A stretch of 64,000 bases of DNA from Octopus sinensis (lineage: Eukaryota). The stretch is taken from assembly GCF_006345805.1 (NCBI RefSeq), contig NC_043022.1, positions 4,526,001-4,590,000 of the forward strand, written 5' to 3'. The first letter of the stretch is position 1, and the number at the start of each line of letters is the position of its first letter. The notes under the pieces are model-generated. The model ran no database searches. It was not told the DNA's origin and worked only from the letters and a program-made list of their open reading frames with translations. Of the stretch, positions 52,601 through 64,000 are shown one piece after another. A program made the translations under genes and the position numbers.

Positions 52601-55600
52601 TTTCAACGGCCTCACTTGAATTCAGACTGGTATCCGACTCCCTACGAAAATACGAAATACGAAATATGAATCCAAGCTAAGCAATCTATATTTAATTTCA
52701 ACCCGTGTACCTACTTAACTATCTGCAACTGATCTGATCTTTTAGTTAGCCCTGTTTTATCTCTATTAGTATTATTGTTATGACTTGTGAAATTTAGCCT
52801 CACGCCTTGTGTCTTTTTTATATGTACATATAATTCTAATTCTATAGTTCATCTTAATTATATATCGTTGTCTCATGTCTTGTGTTAAATATATATTTAA
52901 TCTTAAAGCTTGCCCCTAATTTTATTTTATTTTATCGATCAGTCTCACGCCTCGTAGATATAGAATAAATGTATTTATAATTTATAGCTCCTTATCGTCC
53001 ACGCTTCTCCCATAGGTTAGGCAAAATTTAGGTATTTATTTATAGCTACTAATAACTATTTCTCTCCCAAGGAAGGAAGAATGGCTGCCGGCCGATTCTT
53101 GGTGGGCCACGACCCCCCCCGTTCCTCTTCAATTGTCTTATATCTCTTTCGATCGCCATTCGCCCCCCCCCCCCTTTTCTCCGCCACCCTATATGCATAT
53201 AAACCAGCGACTGATTTCAACGGCCTCACTTGAATTCAGACTGGTATCCGACTCCCTACGAAATACGAAATACGAAATATGAATCCAAGCTAAGCAATCT
53301 ATATTTAATTTCACCCGTGTACCTACTTAACTATCTGCAACTGATCTGATCTTTTAGTTAGCCCTGTTTTATCTCTATATATTATTGTTATGACTTGTGA
53401 AATTTAGCCTCACGCCTTGTGTCTTTTTTATATGTACATAATTCTAATTCTATAGTTCATCGTAATTATTATCGTGCTCATGTCTTGTGTTAATATATTT
53501 ATCTTAAAGCTTGCCCCTAATTTTATTTATTTTATCGATCATCTCACCCTTGATCTGATCTTTTAGTTAGCCCTGTTTTATCTCTATTAGTATTATTGTT
53601 ATGACTTGTGAAATTAGCCTCACGCCTTGTGTCTTTTTTATATGTACATATAATTCTAATTCTATAGTTCATCTTAATTATATATCGTTGTCTCATGTCT
53701 TGTGTTAAATATATATTTAATCTTAAGCTTGCCCCTAATTTTATTTATTTTATCGATCAGTCTCACGCCTCGTAGATATAGAATAAATGTATTTATAATT
53801 TATAGCTCCTTATCGTCCACGCTTCTCCCATAGGTTAGGCAAAATTTAGGTATTTATTTATAGCTACTAATAACTATTTCTCTCCCAAGGAAGGAAGAAA
53901 TGGCTGCCGGCCGATTCTTGGTGGGCCACGACCCCCCCCGTTCCTCTTCAATTGTCTTATATCTCTTTCGATCGCCATTCGCCCCCCCCCTTTTCTCCGC
54001 CACCCTATATGCATATAAACCAGCGACTGATTTCAACGGCCTCACTTGAATTCAGACTGGTATCCGACTCCCTACGAAAATACGAAATACGAAATATGAA
54101 TCCAAGCTAAGCAATCTATATTTAATTTCAACCCGTGTACCTACTTAACTATCTGCAACTGATCTGATCTTTTAGTTAGCCCTGTTTTATCTCTATTAGT
54201 ATTATTGTTATGACTTGTGAAATTTAGCCTCACGCCTTGTGTCTTTTTTATATGTACATATAATTCTAATTCTATAGTTCATCTTAATATATATCGTTGT
54301 CTCATGTCTTGTGTTAAATATATATTTAATCTTAAAGCTTGCCCCTAATTTTATTTATTTTATCGATCAGTCTCACGCCTCGTAGATATAGAATAAATGT
54401 ATTTATAATTTATAGCTCCTTATCGTCCACGCTTCTCCCATAGGTTAGGCAAAATTTAGGTATTTATTTATAGCTACTAATAACTATTTCTCTCCCAAGG
54501 AAGGAAGAAATGGCTGCCGGCCGATTCTTGGTGGGCCACGACCCCCCCGTTCCTCTTCAATTGTCTTATATCTCTTTCGATCGCCATTCGCCCCCCCCTT
54601 TTCTCCGCCACCCTATATGCATATAAACCAGCGACTGATTTCAACGGCCTCACTTGAATTCAGACTGGTATCCGACTCCCTACGAAAATACGAAATACGA
54701 AATATGAATCCAAGCTAAGCAATCTATATTTAATTTCAACCCGTGTACCTACTTAACTATCTGCAACTGATCTGATCTTTTAGTTAGCCCTGTTTTATCT
54801 CTATTAGTATTATTGTTATGACTTGTGAAATTTAGCCTCACGCCTTGTGTCTTTTTTATATGTACATATAATTCTAATTCTATAGTTCATCTTAATTATA
54901 TATCGTTGTCTCATGTCTTGTGTTAAATATATATTTAATCTTAAAGCTTGCCCCTAATTTTATTTTATTTTATCGATCAGTCTCACGCCTCGTAGATATA
55001 GAATAAATGTATTTATAATTTATAGCTCCTTATCGTCCACGCTTCTCCCATAGGTTAGGCAAAATTTAGGTATTTATTTATAGCTACTAATAACTATTTC
55101 TCTCCCAAGGAAGGAAGAAATGGCTGCCGGCCGATTCTTGGTGGGCCACGACCCCCCCCGTTCCTCTTCAATTGTCTTATATCTCTTTCGATCGCCATTC
55201 GCCCCCCCCCCTTTTCTCCGCCACCCTATATGCATATAAACCAGCGACTGATTTCAACGGCCTCACTTGAATTCAGACTGGTATCCGACTCCCTACGAAA
55301 ATACGAAATACGAAATATGAATCCAAGCTAAGCAATCTATATTTAATTTCAACCCGTGTACCTACTTAACTATCTGCAACTGATCTGATCTTTTAGTTAG
55401 CCCTGTTTTATCTCTATTAGTATTATTGTTATGACTTGTGAAATTTAGCCTCACGCCTTGTGTCTTTTTTATATGTACATATAATTCTAATTCTATAGTT
55501 CATCTTAATTATATATCGTTGTCTCATGTCTTGTGTTAAATATATTTAATCTTAAAGCTTGCCCCTAATTTTATTTTATTTTATCGATCAGTCTCACGCC

Positions 55601-55700
55601 TCGTAGATATAGAATAAATGTATTTATAATTTATAGCTCCTTATCGTCCACGCTTCTCCCATAGGTTAGGCAAAATTTAGGTATTTATTTATAGCTACTA
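49621..55700 (+). repeat. Tandem array of ~609-bp monomers (8 complete plus 3 partial)
   Basis: Monomer starts at about 49621, 50226, 50836, 51447, 52052, 52660, 53273 (truncated, restarts internally at about 53551), 54090, 54698 and 55311 (partial). Differences are mostly homopolymer indels. Confidence 0.97.
55110..55270 (+). promoter_or_regulatory. Putative Pol II core promoter in the last monomer (repeated in every full monomer)
   Basis: CpG/GC-rich segment with AAATGGCTGCC (YY1-like) and CCGCC/CGCCC boxes. TATAAA at 55235 and Inr-like TCACTT with its A at 55265, i.e. TATA at -30. Confidence 0.5.
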
Positions 55701-58700
55701 CTAGCCCGGTTTTCGCGGTGCACCCGCCCTCCCACCCCCACCACCGGTACAGGAAGTCCTAAATTTTTCTCATCCTTGTCTCCCTTATACACTCAAAGTC
55801 TTACGCCACCCCCCCCCCCTTCCATAAAAGGTAGTGTTCAGTCATTGCAAGATATGTTTAGTGTTGTATACGAGGTTTGAACTTAAGTTCCATTGTTTGT
55901 CTATGAATACTGCCAAACGCGAGTTTTCTTTTCAGGTACATGACGCTATTAGGACCAATACCACTTCACCCCCCACCCACAGCCTCAGGGTTGGCACCCT
56001 CAACGTCGGCACACTGAAAGGCAGATCTGGCGAGATAGTTGAATTGCTTGAACGGAGGTGGGTTGATATATGCTGCATTCAAGAAGTGAGGTGGAGGAGG
56101 TTAGGTTCTGCTAGGTTCCTCACAGGCAAAGGACAGAGGTACAAGATTTTCTGGGCTGGGAATACTGACGGAGTCGGGGGTGTGGGCATGCTTATCGCCG
56201 AAAAATGGGTAGATAAGGTAATCGAGGTAGTCAGAGTAAGTGACAGAATAATTAAGATTAGATTAGTGCTCCACCATAGTTTAGCAACTATTATATCGGC
56301 CTATGCCCCTCAGCCAGGGCTACCTGATGGACAGAAAGACTGTTTCTATGACACCCTACTGCAGACCACATCATTGACGAACGACAGGGACCTTCTCTTT
56401 GTGGCTGGTGACTTCAATGGGCATGTTGGACGACGTGCTGGGGGCTTCCATGGCGTGCATGGAGGCTACGGTTATGGTTCCCGCAACGAGGAGGGAACCA
56501 GGCTGCTGGAGTTCTGCGATGCGAATAGTCTTATGATTTGCAACACTAACTTCAGGAAACCGACAAGCCACCTGGTCACCTACCGATCGGGCCGGCATAC
56601 TAGCCAAATCGACTACATCCTTGCCAGAAAAGGGAAAGATGGCTGCTTATAAATGCCAAAACCTTCCCAAGTGAAGAATGCACCCCACAACATAGACTGG
56701 TAGTTAGTGACTTTAGGATCAGGACTAAGAGGGCGACTAGAAGACGACCAACATGGAGAAGAAGGGTCTGGAAGCTTAAAGACCCTGCGAATGGACAGAG
56801 ATTTAGAGATATGTTATTTGAAGCTTTAGACGAAATGGAAGGGAGTATAGCTACGCATGGGGTAGAAGACAACTGGACGCTTCTGAGGGACAACCTGCTG
56901 AAAGCCGCTGACCAGATCTGTGGCTGGTGCAAAGTCCCCTTAAGACCCAAAATAACGTGGTGGTGGAACAATATTGTTGACAGGGCTATTAGACAAAAGA
57001 AACAGGCTTGGAAGGCCTGGAAGAACGGTGGTAGCAGGGAAGTGTATCAGTCTGCCAGAAGGGAAGCCAGGAGACAGGTCTATCTAGCCAGAGGGGAAGC
57101 AGAAGGAAAAATTTGCCAATGTCCTGCGTCGTGAGGATGAAAGACTTGAGGTATTTCGTGTTGCAAGACAGTGTGTGAGAGAGAATCGTGACGTGGTAGG
57201 AGAGAAATGTGTTCGCAAGGAGGACGGTTCACTTGCACTTAATGAGGGTGCAAAGAGAGAGACTTGGAGACGCCACTATGATAGGTTGCTGAATGAAGAA
57301 AATGAATGGGATAAAGAGAGTCTGCCGAATGTCGACCCAACAGAGGGACCAGCAATCCGAGTTAACAGTTCCTTAGTAGATAAGGCAATTAGAAGCATGA
57401 AAACAGGGAAAGCCCCAGGCCCATCAGGAATTACTGCAGAGATGCTCAAAATATCTGGTGGTGTCGGCTATAGCTTAGTCACCCGTATAGTTAACCAGGT
57501 GATACACGAGGGGGTCATACCCAATGACTGGTGTAGCAGCATAATAGTCAACTGCTACAAAGGTAAAGGCGACGCCCTAGAGACAAATAACTACAGGGGC
57601 ATCAAGCTGCTGGATCAGGTAATGAAGGTTACGGAGAGGGTTGTAGCCGAACTAATTAGAGAGAGAGTTACCTTAGATGATATGCAGTTTGGGTTCGTGC
57701 CAGGGAAAAGTACTACTGATGCTATATTCCTGGTAAGACAGCTGCAGGAGAAATACCTAGCCAAAGATAAGCCCTTGTACCTGGCTTTTGTTGACTTGGA
57801 GAAAGCCTTTGACAGGGTCCCCCGGTCCTTATCTGGTGGTCAATGAGGAAACTAGGGATAGAAGAATGGTTGGTGAGAGCTGTGCAAGCCATGTACAGAG
57901 ACGCTGCTAGTAAGGTGAGGGTGGGCAACGAGTACAGTGAAGAATTCCGGGTAGAGGTTGGGGTCCACCAAGGTTCAGTCCTCAGTCCCCTCCTATTTAT
58001 CATAGTCCTCCTCCAGGCAATAACGGAGGAATTCAAACAGGTTGCCCCTGGGAGCTCCTCTATGCTGATGACCTTGCTCTAATTGCTGAGTCACTATCAG
58101 AACTGGAGGAGAAGTTCCAGGTGTGGAAACAAGGATTAGAATCGAAGGGCCTTAGAATCAAACCTAGCCAAAACCAAAGTTCTAATAAGTAGGAAGGTAG
58201 ATCAATCACAAACGCCTTCAGGTAGATGGCCCTGCTCGATCTGTAAAAAAGGTGTAGGTAGAAACTCTATAAGATGCACCAAGTGTAAGCTATGGACACA
58301 TAAGAGGTGCAGCAATGTCAAAGGAAGGCTAACTAGGAAAATAGTTTTTGTCTGTGGCAAATGCTCAGGAGCAATAAACACTGGAAATATGCAGAGACCA
58401 ACTTCTGCCACGTTCCAGGGAGACAAACTAGAAGTAGTTGATAGCTTCCGCTACCTAGGAGACCAAGTCAGTAGCGGGGGTGGGTGTGCTGAAAGTGTAA
58501 CTGCTAGAGTAAGAATAGCCTGGGCAAAGTTTAGAGAGCTCTTACCCCTGCTGGTGACAAAAGGCCTCTCGCTCAGAGTAAAAGGCAGACTGTATGATGC
58601 ATGTGTACGTACAGCCATGCTACATGGTAGTGAAACATGGGCCGTGACTGCTGAGGATATGCGTAAGCTCGCAAGAAATGAAGCCAGTATGCTCCGATGG

Positions 58701-60710
58701 ATGTGTAATGTCAGTGTTCATAATCGTCAGAGTGTAAGTTCCTTGAGAGAAAAGCTGAACCTAAGAAGCGTCAGTTGTGGCGTGCAAGAGAGACGGCTGC
58801 GCTGGTATGGTCATGTGACAAGAAAGGCTGAAGATAGTTGTGTGCAAAAGTGCTACACCCTAGCAGTGGAGGGAACCTGTGGAAGAGGTAGACCCAGGAA
58901 AACCTGGGACGAGGTGGTGAAGCACGACCTTCGAACTTTAGGTCTCACTAAGGAAATGTCTAGAGACCGAGACCTATGGAAGTATGCTGTGCATGAGAAG
59001 ACCCGGCAAGACTAGTCAGGCCATAACCCGTGGCCCCGACCTGGGACGTAGTCAGTCCTGTGCATACCTTCCTTCTTGTGACACTTATGAAGACCTGTTG
59101 AGGCAAGTGAAAATCAAATCAAATCAAAACAAATCAAAATAGATGAACATCAGTGGAATTGTATTCTTTGTGGTACCAGTGCCGGTGGCACACAAGAAAC
59201 CACCCAAACGTGGCCGTAACCAGTACCGCGCATCGACTGGCCTCCGTGCTGTGGGCACAACAAACACCATCCGATCGTGGCCGTTCGCCAGCCTCATCTG
59301 GCACCTGTGCCGGTGGCACATAAAGACACCATCCGAAGACCCGGCGACGTAGTCAGTCCACCTGTGCATACCTTCCCTCTTATGACACTTGTGAAGACCT
59401 GTTGAGGCAAGTGTGTGACACTTGTGAAGACCTGTTGAGGCAAGTGAAAATCAAACCAAATCAAAATAGATGAATATCAATGGAATTTGTATCTTTGTGG
59501 TTCCAGTACCGGTGGCACACAAGAAAACCATCCGAAGTGGCCGTAGCTGGTACCGCATCGACTGGCCTCCGTGCTGTGGGCACAACAAACACCATCTGAT
59601 CGTGGCCGTTCGCCAGCCTCACCTGGCACCTGTGTCGGTGGCACATAAAAACACCATCCAAAGACCCGGCGACGTAGTCAGTCCACCTGTGCATACCTTC
59701 CCTCTTATGACACTTGTGAAGACCTGTTGAGGCAGAGGCAAGTGTGTGACACTTTGTGAAGACCTGTTGAGGCAGAGGCAAGTGTGTGACACTTGTGGAG
59801 ACCTGTTGAGGCAAGTGTGTGACACTTGTGAAGACCTGTTGAGGCAAGTGAAAATCAAATCAAACCAAATCAAAATAGATGAACATCAATGGAATTTGTA
59901 TCTTTGTGGTTCCAGTACCGGTGGCACACAAGAAAACCATCCGATCGTGGCCGTTCGCCAGCCACATCTGGCACCTGTGTCGGTGGCACATAAAGACACC
60001 ATCCGAAGACCCGGCGGCGACGTAGACAGTCCACCTGTGCATACCTTCCTTCTTGTGACACTTGTGAAGACCTGTTGAGGCAAGTGACACTTGTGAAGAC
60101 CTGTTGAGGCAAGTGAAAATCAAATCAAATCAAAACAAATCAAAATAGATGAGCATAAATGGAATTTGTATCTTTGTGGTACCAGTGCCGGTGGCACACA
60201 AGAAAATCATCCGAACGTGGCCGTAGCCAGTACCGCATAGACTGGCCTCCGTGCTTTGGGGACGTAACAAACACCATCCGATCGTGGCCGTCCGCCAGCC
60301 TCATCTGGCACCTGTGTCGGTGGCACATAAAAACACCATCCGAGCGTGGCCGTCTGCCAGCCTCGTCTGGCACCTGCCAGCCTCATCTGGCACCTGTGTC
60401 GGTGGCACATAAAAACACCATCCGAGCGTGGCCGTCTGCCAGCCTCGTCTGGCACCTGTGTCGGTGGCACATAAAAACACCATCCGAGCGTGGCCGTTCG
60501 CCAGCCTCGTCTGGCACCTGTGTCGGTGGCACATAAAATCACCCACTACACTCTCGGAGTGGTTGGCGTTAGGAAGGGCATCCAGCTGTAGAAACACTGC
60601 CAGATCTGACTGGCCTGGTGCAGCCTTCGGGCTCCCCAGACCCCAGTTGAACCGTCCAACCCATGCTAGCATGGAAAACGGACGCTAAATGATGATGATG
60701 ATGATGATGA
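55701..60710 (+). mobile_element. Near full-length RTE-clade LINE
   Basis: Single APE-RT ORF, 1.7-kb 3'UTR with internal duplications, (TGA)n tail. The 3' end is shared with many truncated copies in the window. Confidence 0.92.
55903..59015 (+). CDS. APE endonuclease-reverse transcriptase polyprotein (five frameshifts as assembled)
   Basis: APE motifs TLNVGTL, CIQEVRW, SAYAP, GDFNGH, IDYI and QHRLV. RT motifs QFGF, DLEKAFD, GVHQGSVLSPLLF and YADD (58061-58072). C4HC3 finger at 58227-58364. Frameshifts at about 56630, 57110, 57828, 58036 and 58161. Confidence 0.85.
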
Positions 60711-60887
60711 TACTATAATATATATATATATAATTATGTGAAATAGAAGATGAATAATCTGTTTGTAATTAATCAAAGTTACCGATACTTAGTATCAAAA
60801 AGATCAGCAGTAAACAGCACGGTTGGAGGTACAACCATCTGGGTTTGCAAACTAACCGTGCTTGGTGCGGATTAATTGAAATTAAAA

Positions 60888-61300
60888 CATTATTGTGAAT
60901 TGAAGAAATGGAGCTGAACGCAGATTGACAGAAATCGTTTATTTCATTCTACACGTGTATCGAAAGGCACAAGTACAAAATCCGATTGAATAAAGGAACC
61001 ATATTGTGTCTTTCTCTTCAGGAAGAAAAAAGGAAATCCGTTAGAGAACAAAAACAGAACAGAGTCGGAGCAAAAACCAAACGAACTAATGCTCCTAAGA
61101 GCCATGGCGAACACTGTTTTTTGCTCCGCCTCTGTTCTGTTTTTGTTCTCTACGGATTTCCTTTTTTCTTCTGAAGAAAAACACAATATGGTCCCATTTC
61201 AATCGGATTTGGTAATTTGTGCCTTTCGATACACGTGTAAATGAATAAAACGATTCTGTTCAATCTGCGTTCAGCTCCATTTCTTCAATTCACCAATATG
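60888..61300. repeat. Long inverted repeat (foldback element)
   Basis: ~185-bp arms at about 60888-61076 and 61115-61300, with a ~38-bp spacer. Confidence 0.85.
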
Positions 61301-61322
61301 TTTATATATATATATATATACA

Positions 61323-61379
<57 letters not shown>

Positions 61380-61708
61380 ATATATATATATATAATATAG
61401 ACCATATATATATATATTATATATATATATAGACCATTATATATAATATACAATTGGTCTCTTTCAGTTTCGTCTACCAAATTCACTCCCAAGGCTTTGT
61501 CAGCTTGAGGCTATATGAGAAGACACTACCCAAGGTGCCACACAGTGGGACTGAACCTGGAACTATGGCAACCAGCCACGCTTATGCATACATACAATAC
61601 ATACATACATACATGCATCATACATATACATATATATATATATAATAAATGAAGAATGAGTTTACGACAATTTAACAAAATTCCTTATTCTCGACATATT
61701 TTCGAAGG

Positions 61709-61765
61709 CTGCATATTCTAATTTCGAAGGAAAGGGTGGCATTTATGCCGCCTTCTCATCACAGG
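61709..61765 (-). ncRNA. Degenerate type I hammerhead-like motif
   Basis: Minus strand reads CCUG-UGAUGA-GAAGG...CCUUC-GAAA-UU-AG-AA-U-A-UGCAG. The stem I/C3 region appears to carry a small deletion. Confidence 0.45.
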
Positions 61766-61917
61766 AAAACAGGAACTTTCTAAAAAATAAATAACAAAAC
61801 ACACACCAAATTTCCACACGAAGCACGTATCTCTGCCTTGGCATGTAAGCTCAACCGTGTTTTTCTGACGTGAATTTGCTACCATTTGCTACCCGGGTAT
61901 ATCGGTTAACCGAATTA

Positions 61918-62294
61918 TCTCTCTCTATATAAACGGCAGTTTGTCTTGTGTCTGTTTGGTTGTACCCTCACCCTGACCACGGCTTTCAACGGATTCTGAT
62001 GAAACTTGATGACACACACACATAGCCCAATGTCATAATTCAAACTAACGCAGCGAAAATTTTGAAATGTTCCCCCCCAGTTCTGAAAAAAATCGATAAA
62101 TTCGACATGGGGTCGAGAATCAGAAACACAAACCGCAAACTGTCTAGGGGACGCAACTCCACCTTTTTTAACTAAAAATAAAAATTTACCATCATTTTTT
62201 TCCATTTTTTTGTTATTTTTTGGCTATAACTCTCTAAAAATGCTTTATAGTAATTTCCCTTACAAACCTGAGCAACGCCGGGCGATACTGCTAG
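61918..62294 (+). mobile_element. Non-autonomous Helitron
   Basis: A|TC start, hairpin CCTGAGCAACGCCGGG and CTAG|T end. Confidence 0.75.
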
Positions 62295-62799
62295 TCCATA
62301 CTAAGATAATTCATTCAACTACTTATATATATATATATATAATATATATATAATTAAAAAGTAATGTGAAAATACATTACAGAAGATATATTATAAACAA
62401 TTAATAATTAATTATGAATATATCAATGACATAAATAATTATTAATCTGAAAGAAGCGGCCCAGGATAGAACTGACTGGAGGACACTGATCCAATGAGTG
62501 ACCGAGAGTTGACTTCGACTGAGCGGATAAATATATATCAAGTGGCCAAACATGTTATCATAAAATACATAGAAATAGAATGCTTATAATTATGAGCAAG
62601 TCACAATTATAACTAAGACGGTTTCGAAAACCCTTATATGTTTAGAAATAGCAGCGAAAACCACTATAAAGCCATACACAAATCTATAAATATATGTGAA
62701 TCTGAGAGGAGGGGAATATGTTGGATAAAGTCATAATTAACTGATCCTCATCCTGTATTTCCTTTAAACCCAAACCCAGAGACTTTTGAGTAACCCCCT

Positions 62800-62988
62800 A
62801 TATCTATCTATCTGTCTGTCTGTCTATCAATCTATCTATGTACCTATCTAATCTATCTATCTATCTATCTTATCTGTCTATCCATCTATCTATCTGTCTG
62901 TCTGTCTATCTGTCTCTCTATCTTTCTATGTGCCTATCTATCTATCTATCTATCTGTCTGTCTGTCTGTTTGTCTATCTATATCTATA

Positions 62989-63055
<67 letters not shown>

Positions 63056-63145
63056 ATATATATATATATATATATATCTGCCTGTCTGTCTATATCTATC
63101 TATCTATATCTATCTTTCTATCCATCTATCTATCTATCTATCTAC

Positions 63146-63195
<50 letters not shown>

Positions 63196-63245
63196 GTATC
63201 TATCTATCTATCTGTCTATCCATCTATCTATCTGTCTGTCTGTCT
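62800..63245. repeat. (TCTA)n/(TCTG)n/(TC)n microsatellite
   Basis: Read directly from the sequence. Confidence 0.95.
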
Positions 63246-63784
63246 GTTTTTGTTTACCCAAAGCTGGGAACTTTTGAGCACCCTTTCGTGTGTGTGCATA
63301 AACAGGAGGAGATGCTAAAATGTCCCTGGCTTTAAGGGTATTGTGAAAGGTCCAGTTGAAAGCTCAACCTTCTGAATTCTTTTACAGGGCTTAGAAAACC
63401 TGAAGGACCCCTACGATAAGTGTGAGAATCTGAGGGAGAAATATTTTGAATAAAATCATAATTAACTGATCCTCATCCTGTAGTTTTACAAAAATATCAA
63501 CCTCAGATGAAACTTATCCTTCAGCAGCGGTGAGAATGCTACATGTTCTTTTCTGCCTCATTGGGTTTATCTGTAGCATGTAGCTTCTGTCAGCCACATG
63601 TTATGCATGTCAGCCACATGCACCGGATGCTGCAATACGCAGCTGCCTACTTTAATCTCACACACACATGAGTATGTATCGTTTCTTGACGAGATGAACT
63701 TGTACCTGGGGTTCACGACAGAAGGGGACTGGTTTGCATTTGAATAGGGTGGACAAAGTGATTGGGAAAGGATCAACCTGGTCT

Positions 63785-64000
63785 ACACTACTACCACCAC
63801 CACCACCACCACCACCACCACCACCACCACCACCACCACTACTACTACTACTACAATCACCACTACCACTACAGCTGCCACCACCACCACCACTGCTGCC
63901 ACCACTACTACTACTACCACCACCACAAGTACTGCTGCTGCTGCTGTTGCTACTGCTAATACTACTACTGTAACTACTGCTGCGCTGCTGCTACTACTAC
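63785..64000. repeat. (CAC)n/(TAC)n/(TGC)n trinucleotide tract
   Basis: Read directly from the sequence. Confidence 0.9.

Noticed and set aside
49621-55760. Hammerhead, HDV-like ribozyme, spliced-leader RNA or tRNA primer-binding site in the 609-bp monomer or RTE 5' end
   Set aside because: There is no CUGANGA on either strand, the HDV helix order could not be built, and I found no convincing Sm site or tRNA 3'-end complement by eye.
55924-55936. Strong splice acceptor TTTTCTTTTCAG|G at the start of the RTE ORF
   Set aside because: Splicing from the candidate donors in the last monomer (55665, 55681) puts TAG in frame and removes the ATG at 55903, so no productive mRNA is evident.

Overview
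Eukaryotic, AT-rich, almost entirely repetitive DNA. The SINE, RTE and microsatellite make-up is what I would expect of an octopus or other coleoid cephalopod genome, but that taxon call is an inference. No host protein-coding gene is confidently recognisable, and most ORF-track entries are microsatellite or SINE translations. Main structures: (1) A near-complete RTE-clade LINE at 55701-60710 with APE, RT and an inserted C4HC3 zinc finger. As far as I can read it, it is broken only by five frameshifts in homopolymer runs. (2) Abutting its 5' end, a 6.1-kb tandem array of ~609-bp monomers, each with GC-box/TATA/Inr geometry. (3) A 46-copy 111-112-bp satellite at 31201-36323, amplified in place from the stop codon and 3'UTR of a Hero-like RLE retrotransposon. 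(4) A stack of R4/Dong-like RLE elements in an (AAT)n tract. (5) At least eight minimal type I hammerhead-ribozyme-like motifs in short dispersed elements, two of them at the 3' end of tRNA-headed SINEs. The rest is non-autonomous Helitrons, mariner relics, TA- and TTAA-flanked MITEs, long palindromes, many tRNA-derived SINEs, 5'-truncated RTE copies and microsatellites. Scattered 1-bp homopolymer indels suggest imperfectly polished long-read sequence. All family assignments come from motifs read by eye, not from database searches.
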